Virus record (IMG/VR): IMGVR_UViG_3300028886_000029
Coordinates: 46,007 to 110,006 of that record
Length of the DNA stretch: 64,000 nt
DNA from: a virus
Lineage: Duplodnaviria; Heunggongvirae; Uroviricota; Caudoviricetes
Direction: 5' to 3' (one strand)
Numbering within the stretch: the stretch's first letter is position 1; each line of letters starts with the position of its first letter. A program made the position numbers and the translations under genes. Under the pieces are notes generated by a model. The model saw nothing but the letters and a program-made list of their open reading frames with translations, was not told the origin of the DNA and searched no databases. Below are positions 8,191 to 18,056 of the stretch, piece by piece.

Positions 8191-11100
8191 CCAAAGGAAC
8201 ATCACTTATGTATTCGCAAGTTTGTGAAACAACTCTACTTTCTTGGCCATCTTTTTCAGAATATGCCTCTACAACAGTGGTTGCAGATATGACTATTGGT
8301 GTGTTATATGTGGCATAATTATCTTCGCCATTAAGTTTGTAATAAATTGTAGCACCTGTTGTATCACAAGTAATGGTTACGTTGTTATATCCGTCACAGG
8401 AAATGACAGGAGCATCAATTGCCACATCATCATATACTAACCAACCTGTAGGAATGCCGCTTGCACCTTTAGACCAAGTGGATGTGGATGCAGAACTGTC
8501 TTTAACAAATGTACCTGTAGCGGAAACACCACTTGTCCATGATGCTTTACAATTATTTGCGGTAAATCCTGTAGTTGCCATACATTTAATATAATTAAGA
8601 CTTGTACATTCCTCGAACATATGTCCATAACATTCCGCAACAAGTGTTGTGGCAGGTAATTCAGGTGCTACCTCAAATGATGCTGATTTGTCAAACATAT
8701 ACCAATAACAACCTTTTGCTAACGTTGTTGCCGGTAATTCGACAACTTTAACTAACTCATAACATCTACTAAACATTGCACGATAGCAATACTCTTTTAA
8801 TGTGGTTGCAGGTAAGACGAGGTTTTCTGCTGATACAACATTTGTTAATTTAAACAATGAACAGAAGTTATATGTTCCTGTAAGTGCGGTGTTTCCAACA
8901 AAGTTATCACCGTAAACAAGACTCATTATGTTACCTTCTATATTAAATGTTGCGCCGGTTCCACCACCTACATTGGCTTCGGATGAACCAAACGCTGAAT
9001 AATTTGATTTATCATTTGCGTATGATATGTTAGTTCCTTTGAACCTTATAACATCTCCTGTTACAACCGATATTGTAGTTGAAGTACTTGGTGTTAAAGT
9101 TGTCCATGCACCATCATTTTTACTATATTGAATTGTTTTAGAAAAACCGGTTCCAACTAAATTCCAACCGATTGTACCATCTGAAAGAACTCTGAACGTA
9201 AGATAATCAAGGGAATAGTCATGAACATCACTATATTCACAAAATGCACTTACGATAGTACTTACTACACTATCTTTCTCAGAATATGCCTCAACTATTG
9301 TGTCTGCTGAAATAACTATTGGTGCATTATATAAGGAATATGTTCCTTCTTCGTTTAATCTATAGTTTATATCAGCACCTACTGTGTGACATGTAATTGT
9401 AACTACAGTTCCATTGCATTCAATGATAGGTGCTTTAAGTGAATCATCATAAACACAAGTGGCTGAGACAACTTCACTTTGTCTACCGTCAATTTCAGAA
9501 TATGCATAACATACTGTGTCTGCTGAAATCGCAATTGCTGAATCATATGGATTATAAATAGGGTCTAAATCAAACTTATAATAGATTGACGCACCTCCTG
9601 TTGCACAAGATATGGTGACATACTCACCATCACAATATATAACAGGTTCATCAATTCCATCATCATATATACAAGTTTCACTGACAACCTCACTTGTTTC
9701 CTCATCTAACATAGAGTATGCTTCAATGAAAGTATCAGCAGAAATTGATATAGGTGTGGAATATAATGCGTAATCACCTTGACTATTCAATTTGTAATAA
9801 ATGCTTGCACCTTGTGTTGAACATACCAAAGTTATATGGAGACCATCACAAGATATGACAGGTGCTTGAAGTCCCTCATCAATAACATCCCATCTTGTAG
9901 GAATACCACTAATACCAAGAACCCATTCTGTACTGGCATTTTTAATAAATGTACCTGATGATGCCACACCTGTAACCCAATTAGCAGTTGCTGCTGATGC
10001 AGAAATATCAGTGGCTAAACATTTAATATAATTCAAGTTATGACAATTGTTAAACATTCCTTCATAACAATCATAAACCAACACAGGTGCAAGAAGTTCA
10101 GGTGCGGTTCTTATTGCATTATATTGGAACATATAACGATAGCAACCTTCCGCAAGTGTTGTTGCCGGTAACGCAGGTGCAATTGCTACTGTTTCACTAT
10201 TGGCAAATAATGCACGATAACAGTATGGTGTCAAAGTGGTTGCTGGTAAGACGAGGTTTTCTGCTGATATAACATTTGCTTGCTTAAACAATGAACAGAA
10301 GTTAAATGTTCCTGTAAGTGCGGTATTTCCAACAAAGTTATCACCGTAAACAAGACTCATTATGTTACCTTCGACATCAAACACCGCAGTTCCACCACTG
10401 AATCCCATGTAATCCTCATTGGTTGTACCATAAGATGCATTAGAACCCTTGATTCTTACCACATCATCCTCAGACACAGTTATTGAAACAGATGAACCAA
10501 CAGATGATGGCACTAAATATGTCCATGAACCATTGTTTAGACTATACTGAATTGCCTTCACTTGTTGTGTGCCAACAGAATTCCAAGAAATTGTTCCGCC
10601 AGATTTAACCCTAAAGGTAAGATAGTCAAGAGAATAATCATGTGTTTCACTATAAATACACATTTCACTGACAACCTGACTTGTTTCCTCATCTAACATA
10701 GAGTATGATTCCACAAAAGTATCGGCAGTTATTGGGAATGTTTGTGTATATGCACTGTATCCACCAACATGGTTACATTTATAATAAATGGTTGCACCTT
10801 CGGTTTCACAAGTAATGGTAACACCTGTTCCGTCACAAGTAATAACAGGTGCTTTCACGCCTTCTTCTTCATATCTACAAACCTCAGTGACAGTATCACT
10901 ATTAACATCACAATATACCGCATAAGCATCAACAATTGTGTCAGCACTTATTGTGAATGCTGATGTATATTGCATAAAACTTCCGGTTTGATTTAGTTTG
11001 TAATATATATCAGCACCTGTTGTTTCACAAGAAATGGTAACAACATTATGACTACAAGATATAACAGGAGTATAAAGTTGCTCAAGTCTTCTGATTGAGA

Positions 11101-12355
11101 AATTTTTCACATCAATATCCGAATATCTGAACGGGTCTCCATTCTCATCCATAGCATAACCAATTGTGACCTTAATATATCTAAGGTCATCAATGTCTGG
11201 GAATTTTCCATTACTTGTATATACATTTTGTCCTGTTGCCATGTTTCTACAAATAAAAGAATTTGTTGAAACGGTAGGGTTGTATATAATTCTAAGGTTA
11301 TATTCAAGGTTATTACCTGTTGTAGGCATTGGTTGTATTGTAGTATTAATATTACTTCCAGTAGAGAACTGTGTACCCAACGTAATTGTTTTTGCTGTGA
11401 GTGTTTGTCTTAATTGGAATCCGTACCAAGGTGAAGGTGAACTTCTTTTCGCTGTCAGTATATTATGGTGATTTTCGTTTTGTCCAGTTGGACTGTTATT
11501 ACAATTGATAACAAAATGTATGTCAGCGATAAATCCTTGTGTCACATCAAAAGCATAGTATTCAGTGTTGACACCATCACCGTTAAATTCTTTAGTACCA
11601 TCTGGATTACCTGAAGTGTCAATTTGATAACCTGTCACAGTTGTATTACCACTTTCATCGTACTCAACTTCCTGACTACTCACATTACCGCTTGTATCAC
11701 CACTTTGATTAATACCATCGGTGGCATTACCTTCACTATCATAGTTGGTTGTTGTGGCATTAAATGAACCATCAGAATTAATATCTTTATTACTTTCACT
11801 TGAACCGATTGTGTTACCACTTTCATCTGTGACAACTGTTGTTGTGATAACAGATGATGAACCATCCTCGTTTGTTGTGGTGGTTGTTGTGGTTGTGGTT
11901 GTGTTACCACTTTCATCTATATCAATTTCAGTTTCAGTCTCACTTGTTGAACCTGTATAATAAGTTAATGTTAATTCTTGTGTGGTTGCCACATTAAGAT
12001 ATGATGCCTGTATAATAACATTGCTTTCATTTGCTGTAGACAAAATTTCAACTTCACCTGTATGTGCGCTTATTGTGGCATAAGAAGAACCACTAACAAT
12101 ACTCCAAGTCGCAGCAGTTGTCACGTTTGTCATATTATCATATATTGCGGTAAAAGAACATGACACACCACTTATGCTTGTGATACCACCTATAGTCAAG
12201 GTGTGGTTTCCGTCAACAGAACCACCAAACATTACCACATTTGATGATACAAAATTTTCAAATGTGGTAGCATCTATTGTTTCCCAAACGCCATTATTTT
12301 TTCTATAATAACCGGAAACAGGTTTCCATGTATTATTTACTTTCTGATAATCCAT
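6248..12355 (-). CDS. Giant multidomain tail fibre/tailspike-like protein (2035 aa): Thr-rich N-region, Fn3-associated/CHB_HEX_C-like repeats, two LRR-like paralogous fibre domains, C-terminal glycoside hydrolase family 2 (GH2) catalytic module
   Basis: At least 7 copies of APVI(T/S)CDG..VTI.C.T.GA.IYYKLN...Y..Y..PI.ISADT.VEAYS. Two copies of the GNIMSL...LPATTL..CY..MF..C..L...NYIKCLATDISA...GIP.GW domain. C-terminal LLRGCCMHDD, NFLRLAHYPHP...CDRLGIIVQTE, CFWGLSNE (acid/base Glu), YSEYGCGG (nucleophile Glu) match LacZ-type GH2 signatures. Confidence 0.8.
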   Translation of the reverse strand: MDYQKVNNTWKPVSGYYRKNNGVWETIDATTFENFVSSNVVMFGGSVDGNHTLTIGGITSISGVSCSFTAIYDNMTNVTTAATWSIVSGSSYATISAHTGEVEILSTANESNVIIQASYLNVATTQELTLTYYTGSTSETETEIDIDESGNTTTTTTTTTTNEDGSSSVITTTVVTDESGNTIGSSESNKDINSDGSFNATTTNYDSEGNATDGINQSGDTSGNVSSQEVEYDESGNTTVTGYQIDTSGNPDGTKEFNGDGVNTEYYAFDVTQGFIADIHFVINCNNSPTGQNENHHNILTAKRSSPSPWYGFQLRQTLTAKTITLGTQFSTGSNINTTIQPMPTTGNNLEYNLRIIYNPTVSTNSFICRNMATGQNVYTSNGKFPDIDDLRYIKVTIGYAMDENGDPFRYSDIDVKNFSIRRLEQLYTPVISCSHNVVTISCETTGADIYYKLNQTGSFMQYTSAFTISADTIVDAYAVYCDVNSDTVTEVCRYEEEGVKAPVITCDGTGVTITCETEGATIYYKCNHVGGYSAYTQTFPITADTFVESYSMLDEETSQVVSEMCIYSETHDYSLDYLTFRVKSGGTISWNSVGTQQVKAIQYSLNNGSWTYLVPSSVGSSVSITVSEDDVVRIKGSNASYGTTNEDYMGFSGGTAVFDVEGNIMSLVYGDNFVGNTALTGTFNFCSLFKQANVISAENLVLPATTLTPYCYRALFANSETVAIAPALPATTLAEGCYRYMFQYNAIRTAPELLAPVLVYDCYEGMFNNCHNLNYIKCLATDISASAATANWVTGVASSGTFIKNASTEWVLGISGIPTRWDVIDEGLQAPVISCDGLHITLVCSTQGASIYYKLNSQGDYALYSTPISISADTFIEAYSMLDEETSEVVSETCIYDDGIDEPVIYCDGEYVTISCATGGASIYYKFDLDPIYNPYDSAIAISADTVCYAYSEIDGRQSEVVSATCVYDDSLKAPIIECNGTVVTITCHTVGADINYRLNEEGTYSLYNAPIVISADTIVEAYSEKDSVVSTIVSAFCEYSDVHDYSLDYLTFRVLSDGTIGWNLVGTGFSKTIQYSKNDGAWTTLTPSTSTTISVVTGDVIRFKGTNISYANDKSNYSAFGSSEANVGGGTGATFNIEGNIMSLVYGDNFVGNTALTGTYNFCSLFKLTNVVSAENLVLPATTLKEYCYRAMFSRCYELVKVVELPATTLAKGCYWYMFDKSASFEVAPELPATTLVAECYGHMFEECTSLNYIKCMATTGFTANNCKASWTSGVSATGTFVKDSSASTSTWSKGASGIPTGWLVYDDVAIDAPVISCDGYNNVTITCDTTGATIYYKLNGEDNYATYNTPIVISATTVVEAYSEKDGQESRVVSQTCEYISDVPLEACNRDLTKWTYSNQEITTPYSVNRIDGHSASYAKGTFNFETSFALREVQPTYLWFQHADQSATIYVDDVLVEKHWGGYAAFSVDISEFVHSGTNRVKVALKNNEGNNLAPAIADFNFNATLGNVKLYTSPVVPDMIYGYDGFHVTSDVALSSATIEVKTSVPTGATVTCEISDGTYHYGASGSSTGEEMIFSATVTNPHLWNGTTDPHLYNITLNVYHNGDLYHTYQRPYGLRFYSYVINETVNGDTYTGFLLNGQPYLLRGCCMHDDIDGKANALDDDDYTQTFSIIQELGANFLRLAHYPHPKETYDWCDRLGIIVQTEGPCVNKMQSTMPADYYTHLIGQYNDMVNQHYNHPCICFWGLSNETTTDDKAFAKEKINGYIAQIKALDSERMVGYVMAQGPGSDPSAYYNNPDADWFGCNIYEGWYSSPNSNNPSTQINTRVKNVITNKSKALAYSEYGCGGTQHCHSDDYMTTTTRGNRERHDIEYMMWLHEGHIAAIKNYPQLLFTSQWQLFDIAVSNRNEGYTVCLDGVITSTNDNLRRLNDKGLVERDHRTKKDVFYLYKAWWNTTDIFVHICGKDYTKMTDRVIKCYTNYNNSLSLYVNDTFVETVSVTDNIATFTARTFSAGDVVRVEGGSINDTFTFK

Positions 12356-12374
12356 TTTGCTTTTGTTTTAGAAA

Positions 12375-12749
12375 TTATGAAGTTTGTAAGAAAATATCAC
12401 CATCTTTTCCCAAGTTTTGTGCCGGTGTACCTGAACCGGTATAAATTGTTGAAGGTGTTGCCAATATCCACTCACCTTCGGAAACAATCAATATTTTACC
12501 GTTATCCTCAGTTGTAACAGCCGGCAAACCACTAACATGAGCAAGCCAATCTTTAACTTGACTATCAGATGAGAATGTGGCAATTTCATTGTTGTCATTA
12601 ATGGTTGAAATTGTCTCATAGCCATTATGATAATTAATAGCTAACTCACCCACCTCAATTTGGCTTGTAGTAGGCAGTTTAGCTTTTCCTCCAACTAACT
12701 GATTACTTTTAATCAAAAGTGTTTTACCAATTCTTTCTATTATTCCCAT
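12375..12749 (-). CDS. Hypothetical small protein adjacent to the giant fibre gene (possible fibre adaptor/assembly protein)
   Basis: 124-aa ORF, 20 nt upstream of the fibre gene, co-directional. Confidence 0.4.
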   Translation of the reverse strand: MGIIERIGKTLLIKSNQLVGGKAKLPTTSQIEVGELAINYHNGYETISTINDNNEIATFSSDSQVKDWLAHVSGLPAVTTEDNGKILIVSEGEWILATPSTIYTGSGTPAQNLGKDGDIFLQTS

Positions 12750-12766
12750 AATATATTGTTATTTTT

Positions 12767-13567
12767 TTATTCAAAACATATTCTTTTTATTGCATTGACA
12801 TGTATTTGAGCAATAACATCTCTACCCTCGTCAGACATAAGAAACTCACAATCTTTCTTATTGTCGAAAAATAAATTTTCAGTTAATATCGCAGGACATA
12901 ATGTCTTATATATCACAGTGAAATTAGCCTCATAATCTGGGTCACCATCGGTCATATCTTTTCTCATGGTCATACCATACTCAGGTAACAATTTGTTTGC
13001 CTCATTCCAGAACACGGTCGCTATATCATCTGATTTGGTTATACCCTTGGTTGTATATACTGACCAACCCCTTGCGTTTTTCCATTCCTTTCCATTTCCA
13101 GCCGCATTTGAATGAACAGATATGAACAAACAATTATTTTTCCCATATTGGTTACAATATTTGTTTGCTCTGTTCGCTCTTGTGGACAACGGTATATCCT
13201 CTTCCAACTCAGGTACTATAACATGATATTTAACACCTAATTTATCTAATTTTTCGGTAATCCTTTTAACAATGTCCCTATTAAACTCATACTCATAGAA
13301 TCTTGTTCCATCTTCAAAAAAAGGTCCTTTTTTCCCCACTGTTGACCTCGCGTGACCATTGTCTAAAAGAATCACTTTACCATTATAATTGTACATATCT
13401 TCCTTACTATTTTCCACAATACCGGCATTAGACTCAACTGTCTCTTCAATTGTCTCATTTTTTTTGTTTTCTGAAAATGAAAAACCTAAAAAAACAAGTA
13501 TTTTATTAAAAATTTCCTGTATTGTCATTATTAAACATTTTACATATAAATAGTCTATTGAATTCAT
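12767..13567 (-). CDS. N-acetylmuramoyl-L-alanine amidase (Amidase_3 family) endolysin
   Basis: VILLDNGHARSTVGKKGP...E...N....IA..L..L.....V..........R...AN......FISVHSNAAG......GWSVYT matches the Amidase_3/AmiC-like pattern. Confidence 0.75.
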   Translation of the reverse strand: MNSIDYLYVKCLIMTIQEIFNKILVFLGFSFSENKKNETIEETVESNAGIVENSKEDMYNYNGKVILLDNGHARSTVGKKGPFFEDGTRFYEYEFNRDIVKRITEKLDKLGVKYHVIVPELEEDIPLSTRANRANKYCNQYGKNNCLFISVHSNAAGNGKEWKNARGWSVYTTKGITKSDDIATVFWNEANKLLPEYGMTMRKDMTDGDPDYEANFTVIYKTLCPAILTENLFFDNKKDCEFLMSDEGRDVIAQIHVNAIKRICFE

Positions 13568-13603
13568 TTTTTTTTTTGATTTTTATGTTTTTTTTCAGTA
13601 TTT

Positions 13604-14500
13604 TTGGAAAAAGACAAAATAATGGGAATCCTTAAAAAAACTATATATACGGAAGAATTAATACAAAAAAGATTGTCTAATTATTTCATGTCACCTAACA
13701 ATATTAAGTACATTGCTGAGAATCTTTATCTATATGGATGGGAATCTGACTTGTGGATAATGACAAAATCTGACGTGACTTATGAGTTTGAGATTAAAAT
13801 ATCCAAAGCGGACTTTAAAAACGATTTCAAACATAAGACTGACAAGCATCAATTGTTTGAAGGCAAATATAAAAACTTGGATGGGTACACACCAAAATAT
13901 TATAGTATGTTGGAAAAATACAAGAATTATTCAATATACGATGAGGAAATGTTTACAAAATTTGTTGATAAACATCCTGAACAATATAAGTACAGTGAGA
14001 TAATGTTACCCACATATTTTTATTATGCCGTACCTGAGAACTTGGTTACAGAAGATGAGGTTCCTGAATACAGCGGTTTGATATATATGATTTCCTATTA
14101 TCCATATTTTAAGATAGTTAAAACAGCACCCAAACTCACGACTAAGAAAAACACTGTTGAGGGTCTTAATCTCACAGACAAATTTTATTACAATTACAGA
14201 GATTGGAGAACTAAAGCCGGTGATGAAAAAGAAAAAACAGACAAAGTAAAAGAACAATTAAACGAAGTGGTGAACAAACCTGAAAATGAGAAATTGTCTT
14301 ATTTTGATTTAATGAAAAAATATGAAAAAGAAAAGGAAAGTCATGAATATTGGGAAGAATGTTGGAGCAAAAAAAGTAAAGAGTTAGATTATGCCAACGA
14401 AACAATAAGGGAAAATTTAGCGTACACAAGAAAACTTATTAAAATTTTACAAGAACACAATATTGATTTTAGAAACATTATAGAAAATGACGAAAAATAA
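13604..14500 (+). CDS. Hypothetical protein; possible PD-(D/E)xK nuclease fold
   Basis: GWESDLWIMTKSDVTYEFEIKISKADF has the D...ExK arrangement after a hydrophobic strand. Confidence 0.4.
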   Translation: MEKDKIMGILKKTIYTEELIQKRLSNYFMSPNNIKYIAENLYLYGWESDLWIMTKSDVTYEFEIKISKADFKNDFKHKTDKHQLFEGKYKNLDGYTPKYYSMLEKYKNYSIYDEEMFTKFVDKHPEQYKYSEIMLPTYFYYAVPENLVTEDEVPEYSGLIYMISYYPYFKIVKTAPKLTTKKNTVEGLNLTDKFYYNYRDWRTKAGDEKEKTDKVKEQLNEVVNKPENEKLSYFDLMKKYEKEKESHEYWEECWSKKSKELDYANETIRENLAYTRKLIKILQEHNIDFRNIIENDEK

Positions 14501-15080
14501 AATAACATTCGCAATTGATTGTGATGAAGTACTTAGGGCACTATTAAGTAATATGGTGTCTTTGTACAACAAAGAATTTAAAGATAACCTTACTTATGAT
14601 GACATCACGGACTTTGTGGTAGATAACTCATTCCCAAGAATAAAATCAGAAACAGGAATGACTGGCTCTCAATGGTTTTTTCAAAAACATAGCACGGAAC
14701 TGTTTCTTGAATCGGAGGCATTACCAAAAATAAAAGAGGCTATTGACATTTTGAAAGAATATGGTGATGTTATTATAGTGACATATCAAAAAAGTTACAA
14801 AAACAAGAAGGACACATTGGAATGGTTGGAAAAACATGACATTATACCTAACGGCATTTGTTTTTTAAAAGACAAAACATTGTTACACCCAACATATTTT
14901 GTTGATGACAATGATTGGAACTTTGAAGGATGTAACGCAAAATATGGTGTGATAATAGATGCCCCATATAACAAGAACATTTCTTTAGAAGAGTTGAAGG
15001 TAAAAAGCAATTGCGAAAAAATAATGAGATATCCTTCCTTATATGATTTTGCTATAAACATTAGCGGAAAACAACAATAA
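14487..15080 (+). CDS. HAD-superfamily 5'(3')-deoxyribonucleotidase (NT5C-like)
   Basis: N-terminal ITFAIDCDEVL (DxDxV phosphoryl-acceptor motif) and overall size/pattern of NT5C-family phage nucleotidases. Confidence 0.6.
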   Translation: MTKNKITFAIDCDEVLRALLSNMVSLYNKEFKDNLTYDDITDFVVDNSFPRIKSETGMTGSQWFFQKHSTELFLESEALPKIKEAIDILKEYGDVIIVTYQKSYKNKKDTLEWLEKHDIIPNGICFLKDKTLLHPTYFVDDNDWNFEGCNAKYGVIIDAPYNKNISLEELKVKSNCEKIMRYPSLYDFAINISGKQQ

Positions 15081-15102
15081 TAACTAAAACATAAATAGAA
15101 AA

Positions 15103-15555
15103 ATGGCTAAAACACTTAAAGACAAGTATTATGAAAGATACTTAGACAAAAAAAACGAAGCATTTGAAGAAGAAGGTAATGAACCAGAACCATTTAGGGT
15201 CTTAAAAACAATTGACGACTACATCTCAACACCTGAAGGTGAAAGACAAATGCTTGATTGTATAAAAGAGATAATGAACACCATTGATTTTCAGAAAATA
15301 CATGACACAATGGAAGCACTTGATTGGCATTGGTATTGTACGGGTGACCAAGTGCCAACGATTAAACAAATCAAAGAAAACCTATTAAATTTGCTTTGTG
15401 AACTGTTTGAAGATAGATGTAATGAAATCAGTTCAGGTGGCTTTACTGTGTCATATAAAATTTATGAGCCTATGGATGACGAACCTGATGACTTTAACCA
15501 TTGTGTTGAGGTCAATGTTTACTTCGCAGTCGAAGAATATAACAACATGCTCTAA
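15103..15555 (+). CDS. Hypothetical protein
   Basis: 150-aa ORF. Confidence 0.45.
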   Translation: MAKTLKDKYYERYLDKKNEAFEEEGNEPEPFRVLKTIDDYISTPEGERQMLDCIKEIMNTIDFQKIHDTMEALDWHWYCTGDQVPTIKQIKENLLNLLCELFEDRCNEISSGGFTVSYKIYEPMDDEPDDFNHCVEVNVYFAVEEYNNML

Positions 15556-15565
15556 ACAAAAAAGG

Positions 15566-15600
15566 TGATAGATTAATCTGTCACCTTTTCTGTTTTATAT
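15566..15600. terminator. Rho-independent terminator between convergent genes
   Basis: GGTGATAGATTAATCTGTCACC hairpin followed by TTTTCTGTTTT. Confidence 0.55.
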
Positions 15601-15612
15601 ACTTTTGTTGTG

Positions 15613-16254
15613 TCAAATATATTTCTTGAAATACTCTTCAACAACAATATCACCAACATTATCTGTTTCTATTTTAACAGTACCATCACCACCTTCAAAT
15701 ATCTCTTGTGAAGCAGGTTCAATTGTTGCCAAATCAGTTTCACTTGAAGTTGTGATTTCGTACATTGTACCGTTTACTGAGTAGTTTACTGTCAAGGTTG
15801 CGCCATAAAAATAAAAATAACGGTTTTGCCTTGTAGTTACATTAACTGTATTTATGTACAACCTTGCATTTTGTAATTCGGATAAAGTCCAAGAGCCAAC
15901 ATTGAGGTTAACAACATTACTTGTAGATGTACTTGTTATGCTTGTTGCAGAACCTTTCGCTGTTGTGTTTGTGTATAGTTGAACGGACGGGTAATATGAT
16001 GTGTTTTGTACATACCCTTTTACTTGACATGTAACAGAGTTTATTGTCGCAATTTCCGGAATATCAGTTACTGAAAAATCATAATAAATATGATAATCAG
16101 TATTTCGCATTGTAAACCTTGCATAATTGTTGGTACCATCATGCGAATTCAAACCATTATCAAGATTTTGATAATAGCTTGATGTAAAAGTATTATCACT
16201 ATATGATGTTGGCGCAAATGTCGCGGCACTCTGTATATCAACTACTCTACTCAT
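15613..16254 (-). CDS. Hypothetical beta-rich protein, probably structural
   Basis: 213-aa ORF, Thr/Asn/Ser-rich, on the structural-gene strand. Confidence 0.45.
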   Translation of the reverse strand: MSRVVDIQSAATFAPTSYSDNTFTSSYYQNLDNGLNSHDGTNNYARFTMRNTDYHIYYDFSVTDIPEIATINSVTCQVKGYVQNTSYYPSVQLYTNTTAKGSATSITSTSTSNVVNLNVGSWTLSELQNARLYINTVNVTTRQNRYFYFYGATLTVNYSVNGTMYEITTSSETDLATIEPASQEIFEGGDGTVKIETDNVGDIVVEEYFKKYI

Positions 16255-16321
16255 AAAAACATTATATAACCATAAATATCAAAATCTTAATAAAAGTATT
16301 GTTTAATTCCGTAATAATTTG

Positions 16322-16329
16322 TATTTTTG
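16322..16329 (+). promoter_or_regulatory. Bacteroides-type -7 element TATTTTTG (TAnnTTTG) just upstream of 16336
   Basis: TATTTTTGTAAAAAATG; family of TTTGTAAAAAA-containing upstream sequences. Confidence 0.4.
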
Positions 16330-16335
16330 TAAAAA

Positions 16336-16707
16336 ATGATTAACATCATAAACATAAACACAGATAAAACAACTTATCCGAACTATTATTATATAGGGAG
16401 GCCAAGTATTTTATCCAATCCTTACACTTATTTGGATGTTGAGAAAACACTTGCTTTGTTTCAGTGTTCTGATAGGGAAGAAACAATAGAAAAATATGGT
16501 GAATATTTTGACATTATGTATGGCCATAACAAGGAGTTTACTGATATTGTTGATGAGATTTTTGAAAAATACAAAAACGGTGAGGAAGTTTATCTTGGTT
16601 GTTTCTGTAAGCCCAAAACTTGTCATGGGGATGTGATAAAGAAAAAATTAGAGGAACGCTTAATAAAAGAAAAAATAAAAGCAATACGTAAAAGAAATGA
16701 AAGATAG
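16336..16707 (+). CDS. DUF4326-like protein
   Basis: YYIGRPSILSNPY and CFCKPKTCHGDVI resemble the DUF4326 pattern (YIGR...GNPF, CWCxPxxCHGD). Confidence 0.5.
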   Translation: MINIININTDKTTYPNYYYIGRPSILSNPYTYLDVEKTLALFQCSDREETIEKYGEYFDIMYGHNKEFTDIVDEIFEKYKNGEEVYLGCFCKPKTCHGDVIKKKLEERLIKEKIKAIRKRNER

Positions 16708-17029
16708 TAGTTTGAAATATGTGTCTGACGAAGAACTTCTGATGATACTTAACAGTAGAGCCACAGGTAGAACAACAAGAATTGTTGACGAACTTATACA
16801 AGATTTTTTTTCTTCACCTGTCGGAACAAAAATACATTTTGCTGACCATTATCCATACGAAGTCGGTAACCGTTTCTTATTGGATGTTTTTGCGAAGAGA
16901 CTTGAAATGGAACACCATTGTAAGCCTATACACGGAAAAGACCAATTTGGCCATTATGTCATGAGGGAAGAAAAAACATTTCATGAGTTGGTTGTCGAAG
17001 AAATAAATAGGAGAAAAAAGAAAGCATAA
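16697..17029 (+). CDS. Hypothetical protein
   Basis: 110-aa ORF overlapping its neighbours by a few nt (operon-like). Confidence 0.4.
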   Translation: MKDSSLKYVSDEELLMILNSRATGRTTRIVDELIQDFFSSPVGTKIHFADHYPYEVGNRFLLDVFAKRLEMEHHCKPIHGKDQFGHYVMREEKTFHELVVEEINRRKKKA

Positions 17030-17877
17030 TGAAAAGAGAAAAAACACTTTTTAGTGAAATAGTTAAAGAAACATTTGGTAACAAAAAATATAAAAAGAAA
17101 CCAATTTTAGTGGAAACAAAAATAATGGATTCCATTATTTTTGACGTACCGTTTTTTATTAATGAAGGTTTAATTGAAACATATGATATTGAGAAAGTTG
17201 TTACCACATTAGCCGACATTTACAATTTAGAACTTGGACTGTGTTATTTAGGTGATTTTTTAACTAACAAAACAAAATATGACGGTTTAATAGATAAAAC
17301 TACCGTACCTACAACAAAAGAAGATGTTATCGTCATTATCCTGCCCAATAATGAGTATCTTGATGTTAACAAAGAACAAATTGATAAAAAAATGAACAAA
17401 TATGGATGGTTTTATAGTGCTTCCAAAACATTAACATTTAAAGGAAAACCATATAATGATTGGATTATATTACAGTACGAAGAAAAATACGGTACGGATG
17501 TAACTGAATATATTTTTAATGACAAAAGTATAAAATTTCTTTATCATTTAACAAATAGTAAAAATATAAAAAAGATACTTAAAAATGGCATAGTGCCTAA
17601 ATATACAGAAAGAAATGATTTCACAAATCCTGACAGAATTTATTTTTTCATTAAAGAAATTGATAATTACACCGCTTCTATAATTTCAAATAGTTTTAAT
17701 AACTCAAGAGACGACAAACAACAAACAAATGAATATTGCTTGTTAGAAATTGATAAAACTAAACTAGACAAAAACATTAAACTGTACATTGACCCAAGGA
17801 TGAAAAACGCTGTTTATACATTTGACAATGTTTCACCATCCGTAATAACAATAAAGAACAAATTTAAAATTCAATGA
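17029..17877 (+). CDS. Hypothetical protein; C-terminal region weakly resembles the Tpt1/KptA RNA 2'-phosphotransferase / ADP-ribosyltransferase fold
   Basis: LYHLTNSKNIKKILKNGIVPKY...R.IYFF compared with the Tpt1 pattern YHGT-x6-I-x3-GL...R.HVHL. Speculative. Confidence 0.35.
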   Translation: MKREKTLFSEIVKETFGNKKYKKKPILVETKIMDSIIFDVPFFINEGLIETYDIEKVVTTLADIYNLELGLCYLGDFLTNKTKYDGLIDKTTVPTTKEDVIVIILPNNEYLDVNKEQIDKKMNKYGWFYSASKTLTFKGKPYNDWIILQYEEKYGTDVTEYIFNDKSIKFLYHLTNSKNIKKILKNGIVPKYTERNDFTNPDRIYFFIKEIDNYTASIISNSFNNSRDDKQQTNEYCLLEIDKTKLDKNIKLYIDPRMKNAVYTFDNVSPSVITIKNKFKIQ

Positions 17878-18056
17878 GTGTTGATGACAAAAGATTTACC
17901 GCTGCTGTAAACGCAATGCAAGGTATTTTGGAAAGTGGTACATTTGGTACCGCATTGGAGGCCGCTCCAAAAATTGTTGCCAAATTATCAATTAGAATGG
18001 CTGACGCATTAATAACTGAATTGGAAAAAGGAGAACAGAATGCCGTTAAGGAATGA
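17874..18056 (+). CDS. Small hypothetical protein
   Basis: 60-aa ORF, overlapping start/stop with neighbours. Confidence 0.3.
   Translation: MSVDDKRFTAAVNAMQGILESGTFGTALEAAPKIVAKLSIRMADALITELEKGEQNAVKE

Noticed and set aside
8243-8643. Short ORFs antisense to or nested within the giant genes (e.g. 8243..8440, 8373..8594, 8437..8643, 20640..20912, 22998..23411, 24027..24566, 41593-42558 plus-strand ORFs, 55043..55804, 56596..57705)
   Set aside because: They lie entirely inside long, motif-supported CDSs on the opposite strand or another frame. They have low-complexity composition and no motifs or starts with promoter context, so they were treated as frame shadows.
11680-11960. Thr/Val-rich low-complexity stretch within the giant fibre as a CRISPR-like or satellite repeat
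   Set aside because: It is a coding low-complexity poly-Thr/ESGNT linker region on the gene strand, not an array of conserved repeats with unique spacers.
6248-12355. Diversity-generating retroelement targeting the fibre genes
   Set aside because: No reverse transcriptase ORF or template/variable repeat pair with adenine-specific mismatches was seen in the window. Paralog diversity is better explained by duplication and recombination.
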